Origin: Prochlorococcus sp. AG-679-M23
GTDB lineage: Bacteria; Cyanobacteriota; Cyanobacteriia; PCC-6307; Cyanobiaceae
Length of the DNA stretch: 64,000 nt
Reading direction: 5' to 3'
NCBI GenBank assembly: GCA_003208875.1
Contig: QCUR01000002.1
Span: 64,001 to 128,000, forward strand
The translations under genes were made by a program, and so were the position numbers. The first letter of the stretch is position 1. The number at the start of each line of letters is the position of its first letter. Under the pieces are notes generated by a model. That model was not told the DNA's origin, searched no databases, and worked only from the letters and a program-made list of their open reading frames with translations. Shown here piece by piece: positions 53,423-64,000 of the stretch.

Positions 53423-53552
53423 AAGTTTTTTTTTTATTTTACTCATCTTTTTTGTTTTTGCTTAAGTTTTGCAAGCTATTCATAACTAATTAAAAGTTTT
53501 TTTTGAGGTATTGAGAAAATAGATATATTATTTATTTAATAGATTTCTTATT

Positions 53553-54605
53553 GTGATTTTTAACAGATTTAAATTTTCTAGGGATATAGGTATTGATTTG
53601 GGTACTGCTAATACTCTTATACATGTATCAGGTAAAGGTGTGGTTCTACAAGAACCCTCAGTAGTAGCCATGGACCTTGAAGAGGGAGTTCCTTTGGCCG
53701 TAGGTGAAGAAGCAAAATTAATGCTTGGAAGGACCCCAGGAAATATAAGAGCTGTGAGACCTTTGAGAGATGGAGTTATTGCTGATTTTGATGCGGCAGA
53801 ACAAATGATAAAAACTTTTATTCAAAAATGTAATGAAGGAAGGGGAATTTTGGCCCCAAGAATAGTCATTGGTATCCCGAGTGGGGTTACTAGTGTTGAA
53901 CGAAGAGCTGTTAGAGAAGCTGGATTAGCTGGAGCTAGAGAGGTTCATTTGATTGATGAACCTGTAGCTGCTGCTATAGGAGCCTCATTGCCAGTAACTG
54001 AACCAATTGGAACCATGATCGTTGATATTGGGGGTGGAACTACTGAAGTAGCAGTTTTAAGTCTAGGCGGAACGGTCCTAAGTGAATCTGTAAGAATAGC
54101 TGGTGATGAACTTAATGAATCGATAGCAATTTATCTTAAAAAAGTACATAATCTAGTCGTCGGTGAGAGAACTGCAGAAGATATTAAAATCAAAATTGGA
54201 TCAGCATTTCCAGATGATGAATTTGATAATACTTCTATAGAAGTTAGAGGTTTACACCTTTTATCTGGCTTACCAAGATCTATTACCTTAACCTCTGGAG
54301 AAATTAGAGAGGCTATGGCTGATCCTCTTTCCAAAATTGTTGAAGCTGTAAAAAGAACTTTGGAGCGAACTCCTCCTGAATTAGCGGCAGATATAGTGGA
54401 TAGAGGAATTATGCTCGCTGGAGGTGGAGCTCTAGTAAGAGGGATTAGTGATTTGCTTAGCCATGAAACTGGAATTTTTACGCATATTGCTGAGAATCCA
54501 TTATTATGCGTAGTTAACGGTTGTGGAGTGGTATTGGACGATTTCAAAAAACTCAAGAGAGTTGTTGATACACCTGATTTTATAAGGAATGCGATTAGAG
54601 ATTAA
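53553..54605 (+). CDS. mreB: Rod shape-determining protein MreB
   Basis: [29 protein letters not shown]. Confidence 0.98.
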   Translation: MIFNRFKFSRDIGIDLGTANTLIHVSGKGVVLQEPSVVAMDLEEGVPLAVGEEAKLMLGRTPGNIRAVRPLRDGVIADFDAAEQMIKTFIQKCNEGRGILAPRIVIGIPSGVTSVERRAVREAGLAGAREVHLIDEPVAAAIGASLPVTEPIGTMIVDIGGGTTEVAVLSLGGTVLSESVRIAGDELNESIAIYLKKVHNLVVGERTAEDIKIKIGSAFPDDEFDNTSIEVRGLHLLSGLPRSITLTSGEIREAMADPLSKIVEAVKRTLERTPPELAADIVDRGIMLAGGGALVRGISDLLSHETGIFTHIAENPLLCVVNGCGVVLDDFKKLKRVVDTPDFIRNAIRD

Positions 54606-54609
54606 TTGA

Positions 54610-55359
54610 ATGTTAGATATTCGACGAATATCAACTAATCGTTGGTGGAATAAAAAGAAAAATTGGGGTTTATTTATATTTTTATCGTTCTTGTTTTTTG
54701 TGAGAATATCAAAAGGATCTTTATATAAAGATTTTTATTATTTAATTTCAAAACCTTTTTGGCCAGGACAATACCAAAGGGAAGTTTTAACTCAAAGTGT
54801 TGAACAAGAGTTTTTGATCAGATTAAAACAACTAGAAAAAGATAATAAAAGATTACGCGAAATTTTATCTCTACAAAGATTGTCTGATTCTGAAAGTGTT
54901 TCAGCGAATGTAATTTCAAGAAAAACCGGCAGTTTTTGGAGGCAAATTATCTTAAATAAAGGTGCAAAACACGGAGTAGAAATTGGGAGTTTTGTTGTTG
55001 GTCCAGGAGGCTTATTAGGAAGAGTAGAGAATACTTCTTTATTTACTTCGACAGTAAGATTATTAACTTCTCCTGAAAGTAAAGTGGGAGTCTGGGTTGA
55101 AAGGATTCAGATGCATGGATTATTAGTGGGTTCAGGAAATGATTATCCAAAAGTGATTTTTTATAATCAGGATATTGATATAAAAGTGGGAGATTTTGTT
55201 TTATCTTCCCCAGCAAGTACTTTATTACCTCCCAATATCCCCATAGGTATTATTCAATCTGTTGATGAAGAATTCAAAGCAAAAAAAACAGCGAATATTT
55301 TGCTTTTAGGAAAACCTCAAGCAATTGATTGGGTACAAATCTTAAAAGTTGAAATTTAA
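54610..55359 (+). CDS. mreC: Rod shape-determining protein MreC
   Basis: N-terminal TM, coiled coil (DNKRLREIL), LNKG, GLLGRV, PPNIPIG; follows mreB. Confidence 0.92.
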   Translation: MLDIRRISTNRWWNKKKNWGLFIFLSFLFFVRISKGSLYKDFYYLISKPFWPGQYQREVLTQSVEQEFLIRLKQLEKDNKRLREILSLQRLSDSESVSANVISRKTGSFWRQIILNKGAKHGVEIGSFVVGPGGLLGRVENTSLFTSTVRLLTSPESKVGVWVERIQMHGLLVGSGNDYPKVIFYNQDIDIKVGDFVLSSPASTLLPPNIPIGIIQSVDEEFKAKKTANILLLGKPQAIDWVQILKVEI

Positions 55360-55899
55360 ATGGGAAAATACTTTAAAAAAAAAATATCTTTAATATCTTT
55401 TTTATTTATACCAATAGTTTATTTATGGGATCCTAATTGGTTGGAATTCTTGGGAGTTCAGCCTTATTGGCCTTTATTCTGGTTATTGCCTTGGTCTATG
55501 ATCTATGGATCATTTAATGGTTTAATAATTGGTTTATTCTTAGGACTTATCTTAGATTCATTAACTCTTGATAGTAGTTTCACACAAATTCCCGGATTGG
55601 TTTTATGTGGAATATGGTTTGGAAAGTTAAGTATTTCAAATAATATTTTTGTAGGGCATTTCAGATTTGGTTTAATTTGTTCTATTGCAAGTTTTTTTTG
55701 TGGTTCGCTATATTTTTTTCAAGCTGTGATCAAGTATTGGTCTAACCATAATATCTTTTTCTATTTACCAAGTATTAAAAATATTTTTGCTCAAGTTTTT
55801 ATAACCGGTTTATTAGCTCCATTAATATGTTCATTACTCTTTAGGCTCTTCCAAAAATCGAAAGGGAGGGACAAATTAATAAGCTTTATAGATGAATAA
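55360..55899 (+). CDS. mreD: Rod shape-determining protein MreD (divergent)
   Basis: Polytopic membrane protein with GLFLGLILDSL; third gene after mreBC. Confidence 0.8.
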   Translation: MGKYFKKKISLISFLFIPIVYLWDPNWLEFLGVQPYWPLFWLLPWSMIYGSFNGLIIGLFLGLILDSLTLDSSFTQIPGLVLCGIWFGKLSISNNIFVGHFRFGLICSIASFFCGSLYFFQAVIKYWSNHNIFFYLPSIKNIFAQVFITGLLAPLICSLLFRLFQKSKGRDKLISFIDE

Positions 55900-55972
55900 T
55901 AGATTCTAAAAATAATAATGGATTTCTTCAATAATAAAATAATTTTGTAAATTTAAGGAATTTATCATTTAG

Positions 55973-55990
55973 GGTACATAATGTTATATT
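55973..55990 (+). promoter_or_regulatory. Putative HLR1 (RpaB-binding) direct repeat
   Basis: GGTACATA-AT-GTTATATT versus consensus (G/T)TTACA(T/A)(T/A)-N2-(G/T)TTACA(T/A)(T/A), one mismatch per half; about 80 bp upstream of the regulator start. Confidence 0.6.
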
Positions 55991-56069
55991 TTTAATTGTT
56001 AGATTATATTAATAAGATGTTCATTGCAAAATAAATTTGCCTTGAAACATCAGCAAAAAAATTTTCCCG

Positions 56070-56816
56070 ATGTCAAAAGCAAGTATTTTAGTTGTTGATG
56101 ATGAACCAGCTGTTTTGAAAGTATTAGTTACTAGACTTCAATTAGCAGGGTATCAAGTTCACCAAGCCACCAATGGAGAAGAGGCTCTTGAGGCTTTTCA
56201 CAGAGAATCTCCTGACCTAATAGTTCTTGATGTCATGCTTCCAAAAATGGATGGATTTGCAGTTTGTAGAAGAATCAGAGCTGAATCAGTTGTACCTATA
56301 ATATTTTTAACTGCTTTAGAAGCTATCTCTGAAAGGGTAGCCGGTCTGGATTTAGGAGCTGATGATTACTTGTCAAAACCGTTTAGTCCTAAGGAATTAG
56401 AAGCCAGAATAGCTACAATATTAAGGCGTATGGGTCCTAGTATTACAGTTACTGAAACTAAAGAGGTTCCTTCTGGAAAAGGAGTTATGAAATTTGGAAA
56501 TCTAGTAGTTGATACTAATAGAAGACAAGTTTCTAGGGCTGGAGAAAGAATTAGTTTAACTTACACTGAATTTAGTCTTCTTGAATTATTATTTGATGAG
56601 CCAGGTAAGGTAGTTCCAAGAGCTGAAATACTAGAGCAGCTTTGGGGATATCCTCCAAGACGAGCAGCTGACTTGAGAGTTGTAGATGTTTATGTAGCTA
56701 GGCTAAGGGGTAAGTTGGAGCCAGATCCAAGAAATCCTGAGTTGATACTTACTGTTAGAGGAATAGGTTATGCTTCTCAAAGAGTTGGAGAAAAAGCAAC
56801 ATCTTTGGCAAGTTGA
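56070..56816 (+). CDS. srrA: OmpR-family response regulator, RpaB paralogue (SrrA-like)
   Basis: Receiver ILVVDD..LDVMLP..KPF plus wHTH RVVDVYVARLR; RpaB-like but lacks the RpaB signature (SIRRILETRL, VDVHISRLR). Confidence 0.75.
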   Translation: MSKASILVVDDEPAVLKVLVTRLQLAGYQVHQATNGEEALEAFHRESPDLIVLDVMLPKMDGFAVCRRIRAESVVPIIFLTALEAISERVAGLDLGADDYLSKPFSPKELEARIATILRRMGPSITVTETKEVPSGKGVMKFGNLVVDTNRRQVSRAGERISLTYTEFSLLELLFDEPGKVVPRAEILEQLWGYPPRRAADLRVVDVYVARLRGKLEPDPRNPELILTVRGIGYASQRVGEKATSLAS

Positions 56817-56866
56817 TCCTTATTCTGATAGTTTGATTAAATAAAACATAAATATTGAATTAAATT

Positions 56867-58405
56867 TTGTCTGAAATAAGAGATGCTCGCTTATTAAAAG
56901 CTAATTCACTAGTCAATAAAGGATTTGAACCTTACGCAGAAACATTTAAAATATCTCATTCTACTAAATTTCTCGCTGAGAAATTCGGCTATTTAGACAA
57001 TGGTCAAGAATTTAACTTAGATGTTGCGCTCGCTGGAAGAGTTTTAGCAAAAAGAGTGATGGGAAAAATTGCTTTTTATACTATTGCTGACCAAGAGGGG
57101 AAAATACAGCTTTATTTAGAAAAAAAAATTCTTGATGATTTTGAAATTAATGCAAAACTACTTTCTTTTGAAGATCTTAAAGAAATCGTAGATATTGGAG
57201 ACTGGATTGGTGTTTATGGAACTATTAAGAAAACTAATAAAGGTGAACTTTCAATAAAAGTATCCAAGTGGGAAATGTTGTCTAAATCATTACAGCCTTT
57301 GCCTGATAAATGGCACGGCTTAACAGATATAGAAAAAAGGTATAGGCAAAGATATCTGGATTTAATAGTTAATCCTTTGTCAAAAAATGTATTTAAAACA
57401 AGAGCAAAATGTATCAGTCTAATAAGAAGGTGGTTGGATGAAAAAAATTTTTTAGAGATAGAAACACCGATACTTCAATCTGAGGCTGGAGGAGCTGAAG
57501 CTAGGCCATTTATTACTCATCACAATACCTTAGACATACCATTGTATTTAAGAATAGCTACGGAATTACATCTTAAAAGAATGGTGGTAGGAGGATTTGA
57601 AAAAGTATATGAGTTAGGACGAATTTTTCGTAATGAAGGCATAAGTACAAAGCATAATCCTGAATTCACCTCAGTGGAAATATATCAGGCTTTCTCTAAT
57701 TACATTGATATGATGAATTTAACTGAAGATCTGATCAGAAATATTGTATCAAGTTGTTGTGATTCCTTAGTTATAAATTATCAAGAAAAGGTAATTGATT
57801 TTTCCAAGCCTTGGAAAAGAATATCAATGAAAGATGTTGTTATGGAATATACAGGGATTGATTTTGATTCTTTTAATGGTGATTTGAATAAAGCTATTAA
57901 GGATTTAGAGAAAATTAATATTGAAATTTCTCCAAAAATAAATACCTTAGGCAGACTTTTGAATGAAGTTTTTGAGCAAAAGGTTGAATCTCAACTCGTC
58001 GAGCCAACTTTTGTAATCGATTATCCAATTGAAATCTCTCCTCTTGCGAGACCTCATCCCGAAAATAAAGAGATGGTTCAGAGATTTGAGTTGTTTATTG
58101 CAGGCCGCGAACTTGCTAACGCATTCAGTGAATTAATAGATCCAGTTGATCAAAGGCAGAGAATGCAATTACAGCAATCTTTGCGAGATGCGGGCGATCT
58201 TGAAGCACATTGTATTGATGAAGATTTTTTACAAGCTTTGGAAATAGGTATGCCGCCTACAGGAGGTTTAGGAATTGGAATTGACAGACTTATCATGTTA
58301 CTTACAAATAGTCCTTCAATTAGAGATGTCATCCCCTTCCCATTGTTAAAACCAGAAATAACTTCTACTAAATCTGAAAAATCAACCTCGAATGAAGTAA
58401 AATAA
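56867..58405 (+). CDS. lysS: Lysine--tRNA ligase (class II)
   Basis: [48 protein letters not shown] start. Confidence 0.98.
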   Translation: MSEIRDARLLKANSLVNKGFEPYAETFKISHSTKFLAEKFGYLDNGQEFNLDVALAGRVLAKRVMGKIAFYTIADQEGKIQLYLEKKILDDFEINAKLLSFEDLKEIVDIGDWIGVYGTIKKTNKGELSIKVSKWEMLSKSLQPLPDKWHGLTDIEKRYRQRYLDLIVNPLSKNVFKTRAKCISLIRRWLDEKNFLEIETPILQSEAGGAEARPFITHHNTLDIPLYLRIATELHLKRMVVGGFEKVYELGRIFRNEGISTKHNPEFTSVEIYQAFSNYIDMMNLTEDLIRNIVSSCCDSLVINYQEKVIDFSKPWKRISMKDVVMEYTGIDFDSFNGDLNKAIKDLEKINIEISPKINTLGRLLNEVFEQKVESQLVEPTFVIDYPIEISPLARPHPENKEMVQRFELFIAGRELANAFSELIDPVDQRQRMQLQQSLRDAGDLEAHCIDEDFLQALEIGMPPTGGLGIGIDRLIMLLTNSPSIRDVIPFPLLKPEITSTKSEKSTSNEVK

Positions 58406-58432
58406 AAATTGATCCAATACGAAAATTTTTAA

Positions 58433-58684
58433 ATGAGTGGTGAACGTGTTGGTTTCCGCTTCAAGCACGCAGATGCAGTGGTGAAAAGAAATCCTCAAGG
58501 CCGATCAAGAAGAGGCTGGGTTATGGAACCAGTTGAACAAACTACTAGTAGAGGTACTAAGATGCCTGCTTATAGAATTCGCTGGAGAGATAGCGAAAGG
58601 CCTGAAACTGTCTTGCAGCATATGTTAATTGCTGATCCAGATCCTTCTCCTCCTCCCGATTCAGTTAGTTTAGAGTCTGATTAA
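58433..58684 (+). CDS. Small hypothetical protein (83 aa), possible SH3/Tudor-like beta-barrel
   Basis: Clean ORF, visibly more GC-rich than its flanks; F..ADAV...GWV....YRIRW.D...ETV...L pattern. Confidence 0.75.
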   Translation: MSGERVGFRFKHADAVVKRNPQGRSRRGWVMEPVEQTTSRGTKMPAYRIRWRDSERPETVLQHMLIADPDPSPPPDSVSLESD

Positions 58685-58709
58685 ATTATCTAAAGAAATA
58701 TACCCTTTA

Positions 58710-59204
58710 TTATCTCTTAAGAGCAGTTTTTATTTCTCTTTTAATATCCCTTTGTTTATCGGCTTGTCTTTTATCATGCAATTTTTTACCTTTACCAATA
58801 CCAATGGTTAATTTTATCCATGACCCTTTTAAATAAATAGATAAGGGAATAATAGTGAGTCCTTTTTTTTCAGTATTGTATTTAAGCTTTACTATTTCTT
58901 TCTTATGCAACAATAATTTTCTATTTCGTAATGGGTCGTGATTAAAAAAAGGGCCCACATTTTTATGTGGTGATATGTGAACATTTAATAAAAGGATTTC
59001 ACCATCTCTGAAAGAACAATACCCGTCTCTTAAATTTACATTGCCGTTTCTTATAGACTTTACTTCAGTTCCTAAAAGTTCAATTCCAGCTTCGATTGTT
59101 TCAAGTATTTCATACTGAAATTTTGCATATCGATTTTCTGAAAGTCGTTTAAAAACCGCTTCTTTTTTAATGATTTTATTTGCTTTGTTTGAAACTTTTG
59201 TCAT
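58710..59204 (-). CDS. smpB: SsrA-binding protein
   Basis: [33 protein letters not shown]; start probably 59204. Confidence 0.97.
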   Translation of the reverse strand: MTKVSNKANKIIKKEAVFKRLSENRYAKFQYEILETIEAGIELLGTEVKSIRNGNVNLRDGYCSFRDGEILLLNVHISPHKNVGPFFNHDPLRNRKLLLHKKEIVKLKYNTEKKGLTIIPLSIYLKGSWIKLTIGIGKGKKLHDKRQADKQRDIKREIKTALKR

Positions 59205-59256
59205 TGCAGTTGTAAAAAATCTTTCCCCAAAGAACAATTGCCATTAATCTTTAATT

Positions 59257-60315
59257 ATGGCAATAATTTCTTCAAGTTTAGATGAATCTAATATTCCTCG
59301 CTCAAGAAAAGAGCTGAGGTTAGTTGATTCAAAGATAATTGCTGAAGAAAAAATAAACAAAAATTCAAATTTGGCTCGGCCGAATTCCTTTAAAGAATTT
59401 ATTGGACAAGAGCAAATTAAATCTTCATTAAAAATAGCTATAGAGGCTTCTAAATACAGGAAGGAAGCATTAGAACATACACTCTTATATGGCCAACCAG
59501 GTTTAGGAAAAACTACCTTAGCGTTATTGATCTCTTATGAGATGAATACAAAATGTAAATTAGCAAGTGCACCTTCAATTGAAAGGCCAAGGGATATTGT
59601 GGGATTACTTCTTGGATTAAAAGAAGGAGAGATTTTATTTATTGATGAAATACATCGTTTAAATAAATTAACTGAAGAGCTTTTATATTCTGCAATGGAG
59701 GATTTTAGGTTGGATCTAACAATGGGAGCTAATAGAGGGACTCGCTGCAGAACAATTAATCTACCGAAATTTACTTTGATTGGGGCTACAACAAAACTTG
59801 CATCAATTAGTGCTCCTCTTAGAGATAGATTTGGATTGTGTCACAAAATTGAATTTTATTCAAATGATGAATTGAACCAAATAATTTTTAATTTTGCTAC
59901 TTTGATAAATCTTCAATTAGAAAATGATGCTTGTAGCGTGTTAGCAAAGATTTCTAGAGGTACTCCAAGAATTGCCTTGAGATTATTAAAAAGAGTAAGA
60001 GACTATGCTCAAGTTGTTAAAAAAACTAATAAAATTTCTTTAGAAATAGTTGAAAAAGCTTTAAATTCTCAAAAAATAGATAATAAAGGTTTGGATAATA
60101 TAGATAGGAAATTTTTGTCTTTTTTAAACCTTAATAACAATAATCCGATTGGCTTAGATTCAATTGCTGCAGGTTTGGGAGAGGAATCATCAATGTTAGA
60201 GTTTGTAGTTGAGCCATATTTAATTCAAATTGGATTTATTATGAGAACTCCCCGAGGAAGAAAACTTACATCTTTAGGAAAAAAATACATTAGTTCCGTA
60301 AATGAAAAGTATTAG
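59257..60315 (+). CDS. ruvB: Holliday junction branch migration helicase
   Basis: [46 protein letters not shown]. Confidence 0.97.
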   Translation: MAIISSSLDESNIPRSRKELRLVDSKIIAEEKINKNSNLARPNSFKEFIGQEQIKSSLKIAIEASKYRKEALEHTLLYGQPGLGKTTLALLISYEMNTKCKLASAPSIERPRDIVGLLLGLKEGEILFIDEIHRLNKLTEELLYSAMEDFRLDLTMGANRGTRCRTINLPKFTLIGATTKLASISAPLRDRFGLCHKIEFYSNDELNQIIFNFATLINLQLENDACSVLAKISRGTPRIALRLLKRVRDYAQVVKKTNKISLEIVEKALNSQKIDNKGLDNIDRKFLSFLNLNNNNPIGLDSIAAGLGEESSMLEFVVEPYLIQIGFIMRTPRGRKLTSLGKKYISSVNEKY

Positions 60316-61090
60316 AAAGATTAAGCTTTATCTTTTATTGATTTGCTTTTTAATCAATATTGTATATGTCACTCCTAGTTATTCACTAAGCCCACAGGAA
60401 GATTTATTTAAAAATGCTTTAAATTTAAGCTCCAGTGGAGAATTTAATCTCGCGTTAAAGCAATGGAATAAGTATTTGGAATTATTTCCTGATGATGCAG
60501 CAGCTTTAAGTAATAGAGGAAATATAAAACTTGTTAATGGTGATCCTGAAGGTGCAATAGAGGATCAAGATAAAGCCATTGAGTTAGATCCAGTCGAGGT
60601 TGATCCTTATATTAATAGAGGGATAGCAGAAGAATCTTTAGGGCTTTGGTTACAGGCAAAAAATGATTATTTATATGTAATCTCAAAAGATAAAGATAAT
60701 TTTTCTGCTTTATATAATTTTGCTAATGTTGAAGGGTCTTTGTCAAATTGGCAGAGTGCAAGGAATTTGTTTTCTAAAGCTTCAGAATCAAATCCTGGTT
60801 TTGCTATGGCAAGATCAAGTATGGCTTTAGCGGACTACCAATTAGGAAATATGGAAGAGAGTGAAAAAGAATTAAAAAATTTGATCAGACGTTATCCAAC
60901 TTTTGCTGATGCAAGAGCAGCATTAACAGCCTTGGACTGGTCAAAAGGGATGTCTGGTGAAGCTGAAAGTAATTGGATTACAGTTACGGAATTAGATTCA
61001 AGATATGCTGATGAGGAATGGTTAATAAACGTTCGCAGATGGCCTCAAAAACCAACGAAAGATTTGATGAAATTTATAGCTCTGAAATAA
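60302..61090 (+). CDS. Exported TPR repeat protein
   Basis: Signal-like N-terminus; TPR motifs [24 protein letters not shown]. Confidence 0.87.
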   Translation: MKSIRKIKLYLLLICFLINIVYVTPSYSLSPQEDLFKNALNLSSSGEFNLALKQWNKYLELFPDDAAALSNRGNIKLVNGDPEGAIEDQDKAIELDPVEVDPYINRGIAEESLGLWLQAKNDYLYVISKDKDNFSALYNFANVEGSLSNWQSARNLFSKASESNPGFAMARSSMALADYQLGNMEESEKELKNLIRRYPTFADARAALTALDWSKGMSGEAESNWITVTELDSRYADEEWLINVRRWPQKPTKDLMKFIALK

Positions 61091-61093
61091 TAA

Positions 61094-62254
61094 ATGGAAA
61101 GAGATAAATTGTTAAAAAAAATTGATTCATTCAAGGATGAACTTATTAATATGAGGAGGCACATTCATGCTCATCCAGAATTAAGTGGCTTAGAAAATCA
61201 AACGGCAATTTTAATAAGTGGTTATCTGAAAAAAATTGGTGGGAGAGTTACAGAATCAGTTGGAAGAACTGGGGTTGTAGCTGATTTCGGACCAAAAGAT
61301 AAAGGTTTTATTGGTTTGAGAGTTGATATGGATGCCCTTCCAATATACGAGAATACTAATTTAAGTTTTTCTTCAAAAATTGATGGCATCATGCATGCTT
61401 GTGGACATGATTTACATACATGTATTGGTTTGGGTGTGGCGAAAATTATTAAGGATTTAAACCTTAAATTTGGGACAAGAATAATTTTTCAACCTGCTGA
61501 AGAAATTGCTAGCGGTGCTAGGTGGATGATTGATGATGGCGTGACTATTGGGTTAAAACAAATTTTAGGAGTGCATGTTTTCCCTGACTTATTGGTAGGG
61601 ACTATTGGGATTAAAGAAGGAAGTCTAACAGCAGCGGCAGGGGAACTTACAGTTGAAATATTAGGAAAATCAGCGCATGGTGCGAGACCTCATGAAGGTG
61701 TAGATGCTATATGGGCAGCATCTAAAGTGATTTCTGGTATTCAAGAAGCAATAACTAGAAAATTAAATCCTCTAGATCCTGTCGTCATTACTTTTGGGAA
61801 AATAAATGGGGGAAATGCATATAATATTTTGTCTGAAAAGGTATATTTAACTGGAACAATAAGATGTGCAAATTTGCAATTATTTAGGGATATGGGCGAT
61901 TGGCTTAACTTTAATATTTCCTCTATCGCAAAGAGTTGTGGGGCTGAAGCTAAAGTACAATTTAGAGAGATAGTCCCACCTGTAAATAATGATTATGAAA
62001 TAAATAAGGTTTTAAGAGACTCCTCAATTAGCATTTTAGGTCATGAAAATGTTATTGAATTACAAAAACCATCCTTAGGTGCTGAAGATTTTGCTGAGTT
62101 TCTAAATGAAGTTCCAGGAGCAATGTTTAGGCTTGGTGTCTCAGGGGAGAAAGGTTGCGCTCCACTACATAGCTCAAAATTTGATCCAGATGAAAGAGCT
62201 ATTAGTGTAGGGGTCAAAGTAATAACTGAATCCATAGTAAGATTAAATAATTAA
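61094..62254 (+). CDS. M20 family amidohydrolase
   Basis: RRHIHAHPEL, RVDMDALP, MHACGHD, FQPAEE, GAEDF, LHSSKF. Confidence 0.94.
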   Translation: MERDKLLKKIDSFKDELINMRRHIHAHPELSGLENQTAILISGYLKKIGGRVTESVGRTGVVADFGPKDKGFIGLRVDMDALPIYENTNLSFSSKIDGIMHACGHDLHTCIGLGVAKIIKDLNLKFGTRIIFQPAEEIASGARWMIDDGVTIGLKQILGVHVFPDLLVGTIGIKEGSLTAAAGELTVEILGKSAHGARPHEGVDAIWAASKVISGIQEAITRKLNPLDPVVITFGKINGGNAYNILSEKVYLTGTIRCANLQLFRDMGDWLNFNISSIAKSCGAEAKVQFREIVPPVNNDYEINKVLRDSSISILGHENVIELQKPSLGAEDFAEFLNEVPGAMFRLGVSGEKGCAPLHSSKFDPDERAISVGVKVITESIVRLNN

Positions 62255-62272
62255 TGGGATAAATATATATAA

Positions 62273-62488
62273 ATGAAATTTGAAAAAGCTTATATCTTTT
62301 CACTTGCTGCACCTTTAATGATTTTGTTATCAACAATAGGATTTATTTCAAGGAAAGATAGTAAGAAAATCTTTTATTTACCAATTGGCTTAATGGGGAT
62401 TTTTATAATTTCGGAGAAAGAATTTAGTAGAGGAATAAAGAGAAAAAAAATCTTAAATAAAATAAAATCTTATAAACAAACCAAATAA
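62273..62488 (+). CDS. Small membrane protein (DUF3188-like)
   Basis: 71 aa, two TM segments (SLAAPLMILL; LPIGLMG), basic C-tail. Confidence 0.7.
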   Translation: MKFEKAYIFSLAAPLMILLSTIGFISRKDSKKIFYLPIGLMGIFIISEKEFSRGIKRKKILNKIKSYKQTK

Positions 62489-62551
62489 AATTATTTTCTA
62501 TATTTTAAGTAATAAAAGATGACTTTTTATTAAAAAGAGCTATTTTTATAT

Positions 62552-62631
62552 AACTAGGGGTGCTAAGTCAATTACTTAGCTGAGATCATACCCTTCGAAC
62601 CTGAAGCAGTTAAAACTGACGAAGGAAAGTT
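62552..62631 (+). ncRNA. TPP riboswitch aptamer
   Basis: GGGGTGC...GCTGAGA..ATACCC..GAACCTGA..CAG-TTAAAA-CTG-ACGAAGGAA with P1 AACT/AGTT, directly upstream of thiC. Confidence 0.95.
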
Positions 62632-62666
62632 TCAATTTGATCGAACTCTAGTAATAAACAATTTAA

Positions 62667-64000
<1,334 letters not shown>

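Noticed and set aside
62515..62550. CTTTTTA-T-TAAAAAG inverted repeat as an intrinsic terminator
   Set aside because: Nearly all-AT stem with a 1-nt loop; too weak to call in this background

Overview
AT-rich (roughly 30% GC by eye), very densely packed core chromosome segment of a marine picocyanobacterium, most likely high-light-adapted Prochlorococcus marinus (psbZ, ycf37, ycf23, sqdB/sqdX, plmA, an RpaB-paralogous regulator, tiny intergenic gaps). It runs from the 5' end of rplI to most of thiC. It holds about 62 protein genes, one tRNA-Gly(GCC) and a TPP riboswitch. Most genes are housekeeping: gcvH/gcvP, sqdBX, thiG, rpmI-rplT, dnaX, tig-clpP-clpX, asd-dapA-rnj, uvrB, lysC, mutS, secA, gyrB, mreBCD, lysS, smpB, ruvB. 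I saw no CRISPR array, integrase, transposase, prophage or defence system, and no clear-cut novel multi-gene system. Best leads, all unconfirmed: (i) an RNase J disordered tail ending in an Arg-rich motif like the PNPase-binding peptide of cyanobacterial RNase E; (ii) an uncharacterised XRE-like HTH gene divergent from desC and heading a PLP-enzyme/gcvH/gcvP run; (iii) an HLR1-like RpaB site upstream of srrA; (iv) a 72-bp tandem duplication in dnaX; (v) slippage-prone repeats ((CAAAT)4 in rnj, A15 between divergent genes); (vi) a SnoaL/GtrA pair after tRNA-Gly; (vii) two small proteins of unknown function. All calls come from reading sequence and recalled family motifs; no searches were run.
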